This document shows, one piece after another, positions 50,660-64,000 of a stretch of DNA of 64,000 nt. Position numbers and translations under genes: made by a program. Where the stretch lies: contig OX597816.1 of the NCBI GenBank assembly GCA_951406725.2, positions 141,050,001 through 141,114,000 on the forward strand, in the 5' to 3' direction. Under the pieces are notes generated by a model. The model searched no databases, was not told the origin of the DNA, and saw only the letters and a list, made by a program, of their open reading frames with translations. The stretch's first letter is position 1. The number at the start of each line of letters is the position of its first letter. The stretch comes from Octopus vulgaris (lineage: Eukaryota).

Positions 50660-52000
50660 GAGCAGTAGAAAATCCTCATCCTACATTTCAATCGCTGTCT
50701 AAGGAGGGTAAAATCCCTTCGCGTAGAAAGAATCGAATACAATCTCGTTTCATAAAGAGGGTCATAAAGAAGATTTAAGAAAACTATCGACCCGTATGCC
50801 TCTTGTCTCACCTCTATAAGCTACTAGCAGCATAGCCCGGCGTTGCCCGGGTATGTTGCCCCTAGTAGGCAACAACTAATCCCAATCTACTCCTTTCCCT
50901 CTAGGGAACGAAGGCGCATGTGTAGGTTGCAATGTCTTCTCTTCACTCCCAAATAACTATCAAACAGCTATCGATAATTCAACCCAACCAATTCCTACCA
51001 GGAAGAAATTACATTCGCGACTTTACCCCCACTTCTGCTAATAGCTGCTGCAGCCGCAAGTTATTCAAATACTTTTTTTGTTTACACTTTCTTTATAACT
51101 ACCACCCCAAACGTTTTACCTTAAATTTTTGACGCACCCTAAGGGTCCTCGGACGCTACTTGCAAACTTTTGGTTTATTATAAACCGCTTTTGTCGTGTG
51201 CACCAAAAAACCTTTTCCATTCGTTTGTTCAGTTTGGTCACTTTTGACTTTTTCGTTGTTGTCACTCACATTGCTGCCCGCTTTTTTTGCCGTTTTTATA
51301 CATTTTTATACATTTTGGGATACTTACCCCACGTGTTCCGAGAGTTAAAAAGGTCGAGTTGCGTCCCCTAGACAGTCTGTAGAAAACGTGTTGCATATAA
51401 AAAGCTTAGATTCTCGACCCATGTGGAATTTATCGATTTTGTTTCAGAACTGGGGGAACTTTTCAAAATTTTCGCTGCGTTAGTTTTGAATTATGACATT
51501 GGGCTATGTGTGTGTCAAGTTTCATCAGAATCGGTTGAAAGCCGTGGTCAGGGTGAGGGTACAACCTGACAGACACACAGACACACAGACAGACAAACTG
51601 CCGTTTATATATAGAGAGATTTACAAAGGTTATAGTCATCAGATTATCGAAACATCTTGATGACCAACAGCCGAGGGAGTAACCATGTTTTTGTTTTCCG
51701 GAAGAACGTCAGTACGATGGTTCACGTATTCACTCTAGCGCAGCTGATAGAACGAGCGGAACAATACAAGCTGCCTCTGTGCATCGTTTCTATCGACGAC
51801 CAAAACGCCATCGATCGCATAGAGAAATTGAAATCACTGGAAATGCAAGGTGTCAAGGCTCAATATATCAAACTACTCAGGGATGTGATCTCTGAATGCA
51901 TCACTGATATAACTGATATCACCACCGGTAATAGTTCTATTTGTGAAGGACGTCAAACAAGGAGATAACATCTTTCTAAAGCTCTTCACTGCATATCTAG
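50660..52000 (+). pseudogene. RTE LINE RT fragment split by a Helitron
   Basis: NYRPVCLLSHLYKL|FTKVI..LDDQQPRE..FRKNVSTMVHVFTLAQLIERAEQYKLPLCIV.ID joins exactly across the Helitron. Confidence 0.88.
50824..51619 (-). mobile_element. Non-autonomous Helitron
   Basis: The minus strand reads TCTCTCTATATATAAACGGC...CCCGGGCAACGCCGGG-ctatgctg-CTAG, inserted at A|T of the RTE ORF. Confidence 0.92.
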
Positions 52001-52178
52001 AAAAATATATGTATTCATATGTATAGATTTATTTAAGGCTTCTTTGCATCTCAAAATATAAATTTCCACATTTATATCATGTACTGAGAACTAAATTTAA
52101 TAGAAGTCTACTTCAATTGCACCAAATTCAATGACAATAAAGCAGTGTGTGTGCGTGCGTGTGCGTGTGTGAGCGCAC

Positions 52179-52215
<37 letters not shown>

Positions 52216-53401
52216 TGTATGTAAGTGAGGGACCGACACAATGTAGAAAAGAATATAAAAAAGAATGGAGAAAACAATATACTGTCACCTGAAAAACTGA
52301 CAATTGCACCTCAGACATTCCGTCCTACACAACTGCTACTCCATTATAACTTTCAATCTCTTCTCTTTTCTTGCATTATTCCGAGTGCATCTGAATCTCC
52401 TTCCTTAATTTGGATAAGGATTCGTTAAGAAATGGTGATGTCATTTATATGTATGTGCATTGTGTTATTTGTACAAATAACATAATGTATATATGTACAT
52501 ATACACATATATGCTTGTATACATAGATACAGATATAACATTTATATTACATTTATATAAATTCCCACATACGAACACGCCCACACAAATACAGATAACA
52601 TTATATACATGTCATTTTTATGTATATAAATATATATTTTCTGTATACTTTAATATGCACGAGGTATGCATATACATTTGCTTTAGAAATACATACAGCA
52701 TAACCTGCGCACAGCATAGAACAAAATGCACTATTATAACATCGTCTTTGTAGTGAATTTTGCAAGCATGAAGTGGATTCGATCGACCATAGCCAAATTT
52801 AAATTAACACTGCAACAGAACTTTTCTCACGATGGAACAATGGCTTTTCTCTGACAGCAATTTTACATTTTCCAGATGCCTTTAGCTAGGCCGAAATAAT
52901 GTCTTCACCACTTGACCCTTTCTAACCTCTTCTACTTCACCAAAAGCTAAAATAGAGACAACAAAACCACCAACTAAATCTAAGATATATCTATCCTTCT
53001 GGATAGATATATGTATCAGCTTTTTTGAGACGACGGAAAATGATGTGCCGCAGTTCTTGTGAGTTTTACTCTAATTATTTACTATTTCACGGTAAAAATT
53101 CCCATATAATCCTTGCACTATAATAGATCTAAGTTTCAGGGATGTTTTTTCTTTTTCTTTTTTTTTTTTCGGGCATAAAATGTTGACATGTATGCAGCAA
53201 TTTATGCCAATTTAAAATATAACTTCAGAGTTATCTCCGATGCGCATCATGGAAAGAATTAGTTATTTGGTTAATTATTCTCCATTGCTAATGATGCAAT
53301 TTTAACTAAAATTTCTTGGGTTGCTACATCAAGAATGCTAAAGCATACTTTAATATATATATATCTGTGTTTGTGCATTGTGGGCGTTCGCGCGTGTGTA
53401 C

Positions 53402-53442
<41 letters not shown>

Positions 53443-53779
53443 CGAGTGCGTGTGTGAATACGTATATATTGATATGGTCCCAGTATAGCCTGGAAATCCT
53501 CACTGGGAGTTTCAAATCTAGATTATTCCAGAAAAATCGACAGGCGAGCTATTTCGTCTAGGATGAACCACCAGTGAACTGCCATTCGAAGTGAAAATTG
53601 TTGTTTTCTTGTCTTCGGCGACTGTGAGGAATAATCCAGATATGAAATTTCGAGTAACCATCTAACCATCTTCTTGGCTATATCATCACTGTATCAATAC
53701 ATATACTTCTCTTATCAGTAGTATAGATTTATTCTTGCAAATACGCACACACACACATGTAGGTAGGTAGGTAGGTAGG

Positions 53780-54014
53780 AGGCGGAGAGCTGACAGAACC
53801 GTTAGCACGCCGGTCGAAATGCGTAGCCGTATTTCGTCTGCCGTTACGTTCTGAGTTCAAATTCCGCCGAGGTTGACTTTGCCTTTCATTCTTTCGGGGT
53901 CGATAAATAAAGTACCAGTTACGCACTGGGGTCGATGTAATCGACCTAATCCGTGTATCTGTCCTTGTTTGTCCCCTCTGTGTTTAGCCCCTTGTGGGTA
54001 GTAAAGAAATAGGT
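53780..54014 (+). mobile_element. SINE family B
   Basis: Near-identical to 35690-35918. Confidence 0.93.
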
Positions 54015-54264
54015 AAGGCAGGCAGGCAGGCAGGCAGGTAGGTAGACAGACAGGCAAATGTACTGCCTCAGCGAATTTTAGAAAAATCACAGCTGAAATG
54101 TTATTTACTTTTAGAATTTGTTTCATCAAAACTGCTTTGAATAAATTGGAAGAAAAAATATAAAAGAATTTCTAACTTGCCAATGTTATTCACAATACTT
54201 ACACACACGCACGTACATACACAAACACACATACACGTACACAGAGATGCAAGTGTGTGTGTGT

Positions 54265-54342
<78 letters not shown>

Positions 54343-54846
54343 CAGTATTTACGTTTTATGTTATTCTTTGAGAGAGAAAGAGAAAGAAAGAGAATGAGAT
54401 AGGAAGAAAGAGGAAAAGCTGGTGGTCAGAAGAAGAGACTCTTTTTTAGCTGTTCATGATTTCTATATTTGAATATAAGTACCTCTTGTGTTTCTGGAGA
54501 AAAATAACATGTCTTTAATAGTAACTTAAACCATTCGCTTTAGCGAGGTTTTAGTGGTACTTCGCTTACTAATTGACAAATTTACATTATTAAACCAGTT
54601 TCTCTGGATCCTAATTAGAACTTTCTATTTTCTATTATTAGACTCTGAGGACATCTGCTAACCATTGAACTTGCTGATAAATCACTGTCAGACTCTGATG
54701 AGATCTTGCTTTAACATCATAATCTTGAATTTAACTTTTAACATCAAATCTCAGATTCCCCGTCATTTAAGCTTAGCCACTCAAATTTCTCGTTTACTAT
54801 AAGTCTTTGCTGACATTTCGCGTTTACCATTAAATTAAAAGTTGTT

Positions 54847-55210
54847 GGCTGTGAGCTTGCAGAATCGTTAGCAGGCCGGGTCAAATGATTAGCGGTATTT
54901 CGTTTGCCGTTACGTTCTGAGTTCAAATTCCGCCGAGGTCGACTTTGCCTTTCATCCTTTTGGGGTCGATAAATTAAGTACCAGTTACGCACTGGGGTCG
55001 ATGTAATCGACTTAATCCGTTTGTCTGTCCTTGTTTGTCCTCTCTGTGTTTAGCCCCTTGTGGGTAGTAAAGAAATAGGTATTTCGTCTATCTTTACGTT
55101 GTGAGTTCAAATTCCGCCGAGGTCGACTTTGCCGTTCATCCTTTCGGGACCGATAAATTAAATAGCCCCCTCCCCAAAAGCTTTCGGGCCTTGTGCCAAG
55201 AGTAGAAAAG
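54847..55210 (+). mobile_element. SINE family B with a partially duplicated second unit and TSD
   Basis: A full unit followed by a repeat of the B-box/core segment; TSD attaaattaaaagttgtt(g) at 54829 and 55211. Confidence 0.93.
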
Positions 55211-55599
55211 ATTAAATTAAAAGTTGTTGACTTTTGCGCCTACTATCTGAGTTTTCTAACATTACGCGGTTACCAGTAGACTCTGTTAAAATTTCACGTT
55301 TACCATCAGAATCTGCTGACATCTCCACTTTACTGTTTGTGCTGCATTTCACTAAGTATAGGGATGGGGATACTTAAAGAACGAGTGATGGTTTTAATGG
55401 TCAGATTCGTTCAAAACATCAAAAATCACAGAGAAAACATAACTTTCACCTTCAAAGGGAAACGGATGTGATAGTAACAATTTAACCTTCTCTTTTTTAG
55501 GTGATCAGAAGGTTGTCATTCTCCTTGATTTTCTAACACGTAGTTGTAGCTTGACCAGTGGCTAGTACATTAAGACGCTCAAAAACCTCAGAAAAGTCA

Positions 55600-55996
55600 T
55601 TTGAGGAAGAGACTGATCAAAAATCTGAAATGACCGGTATTCACCATGGCAATGTGTGACTAAACACAAATTTCTGTGATCCTCATCCACCATACAGCCC
55701 AGATTTGGTGTCCCCTGCACGGTTCAATAAAATACGGTCGTTGGAAACAAAAATTTGATGACAGATGAGATGAAAGTACTTGTGAAAAGGAGATACAACA
55801 GTGCACACCAGAGTTGACAAAGAGGTTTCAAGAACTGGGCTCGACGATGGCGCAAATTGCTTGTGATGGAGACTATATACAATAGCACTTTTGAACAAAA
55901 AAAGAATTATTCTACCAGCATGTGAAACTTGAACGACTTATGTCAGTTAACAAGAGTTACGCCCAATTTTGAATTACTTGCTGGACAACCCTTGTA
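55600..55996 (+). mobile_element. mariner 3' remnant
   Basis: PHPPYSPDL and W..RW..C..DGDY, with terminal aattacttgctggacaacccttg-TA. Confidence 0.7.
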
Positions 55997-57299
55997 GTTT
56001 TTGATTGATAATGCTATTGATTTACATGACCGTCGAGAAGAATCATCAGGTACTGTGTGGGTTTTAATCTGGTGATTTTTTTACTTTAGTTATGATGGAT
56101 ATATCGCATCGGTTATAACTGAAGTCGACATAACCGTGTATTCTGATTGGAGTCTGTCGGTTGACATGGAGCCAGTTTGACCGAGTGATTAAGATATTAG
56201 ATTACTGGCAGTGTTTTCAAATCTGATTCAAGTATTTCGTTGTTTCTCATACTTTTAGAAGTGCTTATTATACACATCCTGTATTGTTCTTGCACGTATA
56301 TGCTTCTTGTATGATTCTTATAAGCGATTGCCGCGACATCCTTTCATTTCTTATCGTTGCATATTCTGTCCATGAAACACATGCGCGCGCACGTACACAC
56401 ACACACACACGAACACACGCGCACACACATGCATCGAGGTATTTTGATTTGTATCTCATGAAGAGATCTATCAAAATATTTTTTTAAATAATGTCGCTGA
56501 TACTTCACAGACAGACATTAACATCACACATTTTCCTTTTCTATGTCAGTATTTAACAAAGGATGGTAGGTCGGCAGTATTATTTGCGTTGGATAAAATA
56601 TCTTGTAATATTTAGTTGCAGTCTTTTACATTCCAATTTCAATTCCTTTCGAAGCCAAGTATTCCTTTTGTTCTCTGAGATCGATAAATTAAAGTACTAG
56701 TCAAAAATAGTGAAGTCCATTTAATGAAGTAAACATACCCTCCCTAAAATGTGTAGCATTGTTCCAATGTAAGAAATCAATATAAGTCGATTAAAACCCT
56801 CTTCACATTGTGATCTGTCAATGTTAAGTGTATTTCATCATTATTGCTAATTCTAGTCCAATAGTATACTTTAGTTTCAAGGCTGGCTGGCTGCCAACCA
56901 TCTGCATTAATATGAACACGATCAACTTGTGGTTTGAATATTGAAGTTGAAAGTTTTAAGCAAATAAAATGAATTGATTCTCGACAATTGTTTTTTTATA
57001 ATAACATTTTATGTAGCTTGTAGCGTACACTCGAGTGAAATTCCTCTCTCCCCTTTATTATATATACGTGCTTTCGAACGTAGCAGATAAAAGCTAACCT
57101 TTGGCTGCTATTTGGACCTCATTGTGTCCACTATTCTGATTGGTTGATATTAGCGCAATTTGTCTCTTACTCTGTTGTGCCAATCTGCAGCGTATTGTAG
57201 AGAATACGACCGTATGTTGAGGTTGGTGACATAGGTAAGTCACACGGTCGCATTCCTAGCGAAATAAGATAAGCCATTAATACAATTTTATACAATGCA

Positions 57300-58890
57300 G
57301 TGCCAACAGAATATAGATGAATTGACTACAAGACCATTCCACTGTTTGAGAGAAGATAAGATTTTATTTACAATTGGTATTAAGGTTAGAAGGCTGTGAG
57401 TGCTAGCAAGTGCGTGTGTGCATGCAACACGTGTTTGTGTCTGTGTGTTCACCATAAGTACATATATAATACGAACAATAAGACAGGCCGTCAAGCACAC
57501 AATAGTGTGTACAAACAAGGTGTATGCGTGTGAAATAAAATACGTGTTTGTGTCTGTGTGTTCGTGTGTGTGACAGATACAATATGGGTGAAAGCGTGCG
57601 ACACAGAAAGTACAGAGCATAGAGTTCATAATGGAGATCGATTTACTGTTCTGATGTACACAAAGAGTAAGAGTTCGATATCAGGATGTTGTGTCTCGAG
57701 CGGAGGCCGGTCGGGCGAATTATTGTCGAGCCGCGGTCGTGGTCTCAAATCTGCGAGCTGTTCTCCTGATATAGATTTCTTCAGATGGACTGTTTATACT
57801 TGGTGAAGGCGTTCACTCTAACAGCGTGTTCTGTGATGTTGGTGTGTACAAGTCTGAAGTGGACGATGATGATGGCGACGGTAGCGGAGATAGTAGGCCT
57901 CCGGTTGCGGGTGTACATTAGCGTCGTCGTGGCTGATCGTCTGCGACTGGAACATGTTGAGTAACTCTGTGGTCAGAGGTTTAATCCTCATAAGGACTAG
58001 AAACCAAAGACGCTTGGTAAAGGGATTCACTCCTTATATACAAGTAAGGTGGCTCAAACGAGCTTGAGAAATGGGAAGTCTTGATTGGTTGGCTTTGCCC
58101 AATGGCGTGAAATAAGTAGAGACAAATCACGCCACATGTCAACCAATCAAGTTAGTGGTTACAACAGGAACAACTCGGCCAAAGATGTCCGTAATCTCAA
58201 ACGAGATTATTCCTGCCGTGTTTCTCAAACAGTGAGGATATCAGAGACCGCTACAGTATAAACAATCGGAGCCTCTAAATAAGATCCCGTGGGACAGCCT
58301 GTTCTCAACCCCGTTCGAACCTACAGCTCCTTATAAAAACCTAGCTACTCCTCGTCCCGAGGTTTTTGGTTCCAGACATTTAAGGTCTAGCCACTGACCA
58401 CACAAGACACAGCCAGTTCCGACGACAACACCCATCCAACAGCTTTACGGCAACCTCCGTCTTCGTCGCCACCATCATCTTCTTAACGTCGTCAACATCA
58501 TCTCTCTACATACACAGTTCAAGCAACACTGCACAGGTTCTAACATAGCACTGTTCGTGAATTACTTCTACCAAGTGACCCAGGCAGCAGAATTACAGCC
58601 ACAACTTCAAGTACGACATGTACAGCAACCGGCTCCGCATCATAACCACAACTTCTTGATACAGTATTTCAGTTACCGTGTACAATTGACTACGAATTGG
58701 TATTTTTCATTCTTGTGTCTATTAACATTCGTCTAACTTCTCATTACAGACTCTTTCACTACTCTCTTCATTACTATTCTTATATATACTTAACGCGCAC
58801 GCATATATCCATGCCTATACACACATACACTTTGTTCTCATGGCGGCCTGAATCACAGTTGATTGACTAGTTCCCATGTTGATGACATAC
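57300..58890. repeat. Two diverged LTR-like repeats arranged head-to-head (minus ~57300-58065; plus ~58100-58887)
   Basis: Shared ordered motifs TATA..tttggtt(c/t)c(t)ag..c(a/t)ctgaccaca..cgtcgcca(t/c)catcatc..acact..g(a/g)cggcctg on opposite strands. Confidence 0.55.
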
Positions 58891-58963
58891 CTCCTCGTAT
58901 TTTTCCCACCTCTAAAAGAATTTGAAACCAATTTTTGCTAAATTTGGTCGCTTTTCTCTACAC

Positions 58964-59160
58964 CAGGGCTTCTCAACCAGGATTCATATGGCCCTTGGTG
59001 TTCCATATTAGATTTCTTGTTAAAATTTATGTTCAATAAATTGCTTACGCTTCTACAATACGCAAAATAACAAAAAAAATTTTTATATACATTGTAGGTC
59101 CAGTAGAGTAAAATGGAATTCAAAGAGGTCCACAGGCAAAAAAATGGCTGAGAACTAGAG
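58964..59160. mobile_element. hAT (Buster-type) MITE
   Basis: Left TIR CAGGGCTTCTCAACC, decayed right TIR and a perfect TSD ctctacac. Confidence 0.88.
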
Positions 59161-59839
59161 CTCTACACGATGAAGCATCTTTTTAAAATTGAATAAAGAC
59201 TAAGTGGCTTCTTGAAGATGGTATTACTGAAGCCTCAGTTTTCCCAAAATGGTAGTAGTAAAAACTGTAGAACACAATACTTAGTTATCAACTATTCATA
59301 AACAATCGTTACTAGTTTCTAGGTGGCGACCCACTCAACTTTCTGCGTTGTATTTTCTACAATAAATGCAACAGAAAATTGGACCTGAAAGCAGTATACC
59401 TTGGATTCGATTCGGTGATGATGATAAGATATATTGCGTTTCAAGCTGATGGATGTCTTTTAAAATTTGATGTGACTAATAACTGCTTTTAAAAGAAGAT
59501 ATAATTACCAACAATGATATCAAAGGAATTCACACCCATCTCAACAGTGTTATTGTCGTCGGCAAAACTAATGAGGAGTAGTTACTTAATAACTCAACAT
59601 TACATTAAACAATGAAAAATCTTTTCTCAGTCAAACACTCTTTTGTTACCTAGATTACAAAATAGAAAATATTTAACTTCAACCTGACCCAGAAAGATTG
59701 TTATCCATCTAGCAATACAATTACAATTACAACCACTATATGTTTGTTTAAGTAATACTATCAATGTGTGTCTGTTTTCTTGGAACAAATTCGATGCTTA
59801 ATATATCCCATTTTTTTAACATCAAAAGTATCTAGATTG

Positions 59840-59950
59840 TGTTTTCGATTCCAGGACCGGGCGAAGCGTTGTGTTCTTGGGCAAAACACTTCATTTCCCA
59901 TTGCTCCAGTCCACTCAGCTGACAAAAATGAGTAATCTTGCGACGGATCA
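59840..59950 (+). mobile_element. Fragment of a third, CORE/V-like SINE
   Basis: ttcgattcc B-box followed by gttgtgttcttgggcaaaacactt..gctccagtccactcagctg. Confidence 0.55.
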
Positions 59951-60081
59951 CATGTGTATACACACACACACATAAACACGCACATATATATATATATAAT
60001 TAATCCCCGAAAAAACACAACAACGCGAGGACATGGTACATGCAAAGTATTAGCAGACACTCAGGGAAGGAAACAAAGGTA

Positions 60082-60116
60082 GTTTTACGTTTCGAGCAAA
60101 GCTCTTCTTCAGAAAC
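60082..60116 (-). ncRNA. Minimal type I hammerhead ribozyme (intact core) in a Penelope-like pLTR fragment (~60000-60187)
   Basis: GTTT-CTGAAGA-A-GAGC-ttt-GCTC-GAA-ACGT-A-AAAC: stem I GUUU/AAAC, stem II GAGC/GCUC, palindromic stem III ACGU, GUA site. Confidence 0.88.
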
Positions 60117-60271
60117 ATGAGACTGAGGAAAGTTCAAGAGAAGGAAGACGGAGGGGAAAATCGCCAGTGATCCACATGTAGTTACAATATATATATATAT
60201 ATAATATGTGACAATTATTCGGTAGCCATGATAAAACTCCGAGTTTCGGATGTCGGGGCGGAAACACACAC

Positions 60272-60855
<584 letters not shown>

Positions 60856-61208
60856 TATTGAAACGAAACTATTAAAAGTGAAAGAATAAAAGTGAAACTA
60901 TTAAAAGTGAAATGATATAAAAGTGAAACTATTTATAACTTAGTCTGTCGAGGTTTTCAGTTTTATTCTTCGAGTTTTGAGACGTAATACGGAAACAGTG
61001 CCAATGTTGCATTGTTTTAATCCCCCAAAATTACATGTTGACACTCATGGGATCTCATAGTATTGCTATGTAAAATTTGATTTGATTTGGTTGAGTCGTT
61101 TGAGAAAGCATTGGGAACAGAGATACACAGGATTATATAGATATGTTTCTTTATTAGCCACAAAGGGCTGCACATAGACAGAACAAATTACAAGATAGAG
61201 CTTTTCTT

Positions 61209-61292
<84 letters not shown>

Positions 61293-61293
61293 G

Positions 61294-61877
61294 TGTAACG
61301 GGAGTGAATATCTTCTCTGCACTTTTTGGGTGCAGTTGGTGCAATCACTTTCCGTTGCTTTAATATCCAGATTCTACCAGTCAGAAACAACAAGACGCAG
61401 ACGTAAAAAATATATATCTACTTTATTCTCTTATGACAGTAACAAATAAGTGGTGTATCTGGTATCCCTTTGGTATGGATGTGTCAGAGCTGAACTTTAT
61501 CGCTGTAGAATTTACAGTGTTCAAATGCAAACGACACTGGTCAAGATGGCGTCCGAATAGGGAGAGAAAATGATGTGGTCGGCAACAAATGTCAGGGGGA
61601 AACGAAGATAATACGCGTCTTCTTCTATGAAAAGCCTGACTGCTGCTATCAAATCCGGACAGAGAGAGAGAACTACACGTCTTGTACCTTCGATAGCTGT
61701 GTCTCAAGTCACTGCCTACTGGACGCTGGTGGTCAACGTCCTACGCTCCCCTTGCCTCGCGGCTAAACTGCCACGTAGGCAAATGGTCCTTCTTCCGGTG
61801 GTGAAAGCACCAACCCCGCACGCGCGAAACAGAAATGGACGGTGCGCGAGCGCGCACCGTTATATAGGATCACTACA
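61294..61877 (-). mobile_element. 3' LTR of a Gypsy element
   Basis: The minus strand runs TGTAG...TTACA, preceded by a PPT ggaggggagct, with TATATAA near the start and AATAAA at ~61425. Confidence 0.75.
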
Positions 61878-62224
61878 AAGCTCCCCTCCAGTGCCTAAGC
61901 ACGAACAAAATTCCTTGTAGTGACTATAAAACTCAAGGTGGACACCAGATAACCAAATAGCACATAATATAATAAAAATGGCAAAATTTACATCATACAC
62001 AAGAAATTTACCAAAAGTTTTCCTTTTGGTAAATTTCTTGTGTAAATTTCTTTGTCCCCTTTTCACCCTATAAAAACCGTTAATTCGTAATAACTATATT
62101 TACCCATTCGATGACTCTTCCCTCTACTTTCTGAAACGCTCTCACTCCATCTCCCAACAAATTAATTTAGATATTCTTTGTATTTAGATCCAGTCCGATT
62201 TATGTTGAGACCTTTCAGTGGTAA

Positions 62225-64000
62225 TGGATCCGCTGGAACTCAGCTCTGGGATTTCATTCCCTCTCCGGAACACCAACTCACCCGATCTATCTCTTCGTAG
62301 CTTCAGCCCCAGTGCAGCTCCCACTTCCATCGACTCCGGTGGCTTCGCAATCAGTCCGAACTTCTCCAGATGTCTAACTACCACGTTGGCTGGCACTACA
62401 GTTTCGTCCACCAAAATGTCGTCAATGTAGGAACTGGTGGCCTTTCTAATCTTGCCGTCTTTCCCTAGGACGGACTTAAGCACTGCCGCCATGATCTTCG
62501 GAGCGGAATTCAGTCCGAAACCCACCCTGGTTAAACAGTACGTCCGGCCTTTGTACCGCACCAGTTTGTCGCTCACATGGAGCTGCAAGTATACCGATTT
62601 CAAGTCGACAATCGTCGCTGCCTTGGTCGACTGTCTCCACGCACGTAACGTCTCGCCACAAACGTCTGTCGCCTCACCTCCCGTGTGACACGATATATGC
62701 TGGTTTAGCTCCCTGAAGTCCAGTACCGGTCTGACTTCTCGCTTCGTAGGCTGCACCACCACCATCAGGGGTAGTACTCCGCTCGCTACCTCCTCCTCAC
62801 AAGGGACAAGGACCCCTTCCTCGATCCACCTCTCCACCTCGTCTTCAAACTCGACCCTGGCGTGACCTTTCAGGGTATGCTGGTAGCAGCTCACTCTGTT
62901 TTTCAGCATCGGGGGCTCGTCCTTCCATCGCCACTCTATCGTCCACCGCTGACCATCGAACGCCGCCTGAAAATCTTTGTCCTCGATGGTGTAAGCGGCG
63001 CAGTCCCTCGCGAGGCTCTTCTCTCTGGCGATCCTGACTCGCAGTGCACGACGCCCCCACGCTTCTGAACGTGACCTCATCTCCCACAATAGTGACGCCA
63101 CCGAGGCGGTTGATGGCGTCCATCCCCATCACCACATCAACCCCGTCCATCACGCGTTCAGTCACAATTACCTGCAGCCTTAGCGTCGCGCCTCGCACCA
63201 CTCTCTTTACCTTGTTGCTGCCTTTGCAACGGATTTCGTTGCCGTCGACCGCCCGAACGCTACTTGCCCCATTCCATTTCTTCGTTACCCTTGAAGTCAC
63301 AAGGGTGGTCGTGCAACCCGTATCCACGAGAGCCTTGAACGTCTTCCCCTCGGCCTCGACATCAATTAATGGCAGCGTCTCCAAAAGCGCCTCTGCTCGT
63401 TTACGGGGAAAGTTCGAGAGGCAGCAACTTCCCCGCTGTCGTTTCCCTGGTTGCAATCACGGGCGATGTGCCCTGTCTGCCTGCATCGATAACAAACGGG
63501 CCGCGGTTGCGTTCACTCCCTCGCCATGTGCGACCCCTGACATCTAAAACACCGACCTGAGAACGGCCGCTGTCGTTGCACGGTAGGCTTCTGCACGTCT
63601 TTCTCCGGCCGTCGTCCGTCTTTACGCACCTCCATTACCGCCATCGCTATCGCATTCCGCCCAGTGTGTCGCGTTAACACGCGGACTTAAGTCACAAGTT
63701 CGCTCAGCGCCATCTTTTTACTCCCGGGCAATTGTTGTAGGTGAATCCCTACGCCGTCGGGGAACCCATTTACGAACGCCAGTCGCGCTGCTCTCTCCAG
63801 CCCTTCTCCTGTAAACCCAGCCAGCGTGGCTAACCTTCGAACTTCTGCCACGTATTCGTCCACCTGTCCTCCCGTCCATCTAATCGTACCCAGCTTAGCA
63901 AAAGCTGTATACTCACGCTCAGTGTAAGCATCTCTCAGTCGTTGCTCTATCTTCTCCTCGCTCAGACGTTCTTCCTCGTCCATCTCAAGATGTAGCGTCA
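62225..64000 (-). pseudogene. Gypsy gag-pro-RT (RNase H/integrase missing), continuing beyond the window
   Basis: gag 63687-63983, two CCHC knuckles (CFRCQGSHMARE*, CYRCRQTGHIARDC), protease ALVDTGC, and RT VRPVLDFRELN..IVDLKSVY..GLNSAP..SYIDDILV, with frameshifts and stops. Confidence 0.93.

Noticed and set aside
59170-59600. Possible coding remnant
   Set aside because: Only short open stretches, with no motif I can recognise.

Overview
This 64-kb window is AT-rich, extremely microsatellite-dense eukaryotic DNA. Its SINE families and repeat landscape look like an octopus (cephalopod) genome, which is an inference. I can support no intact host protein-coding gene: nearly all listed ORFs are translations of simple repeats or decayed transposon proteins. 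The window is a nested graveyard of mobile elements. DNA transposons include hAT/Buster (SPIN-like) elements and MITEs with 8-bp TSDs, Tc1/mariner-superfamily elements (DD34D, DD37D/maT, DD41D, a pogo-type MITE), Merlin-like GGATC-ended elements and three non-autonomous Helitrons. Retroelements include two tRNA-derived SINE families, RTE and R4/Dong-like LINEs, Penelope-like elements and two Gypsy LTR elements. The most interesting signal is a set of at least 5 hammerhead-ribozyme motifs of different sequence, one apparently intact, carried by Penelope-type terminal fragments inside (TA)n/(TACA)n microsatellites. RLE-LINE tails occupy the same arrays, so microsatellites appear to act as shared landing pads. 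Other oddities are a palindromic double Helitron terminator, an 86-bp satellite plus inverted-telomere hairpin, a very short-LTR Gypsy with a duplicated tRNA-Ser PBS, and a head-to-head pair of LTR-like repeats.
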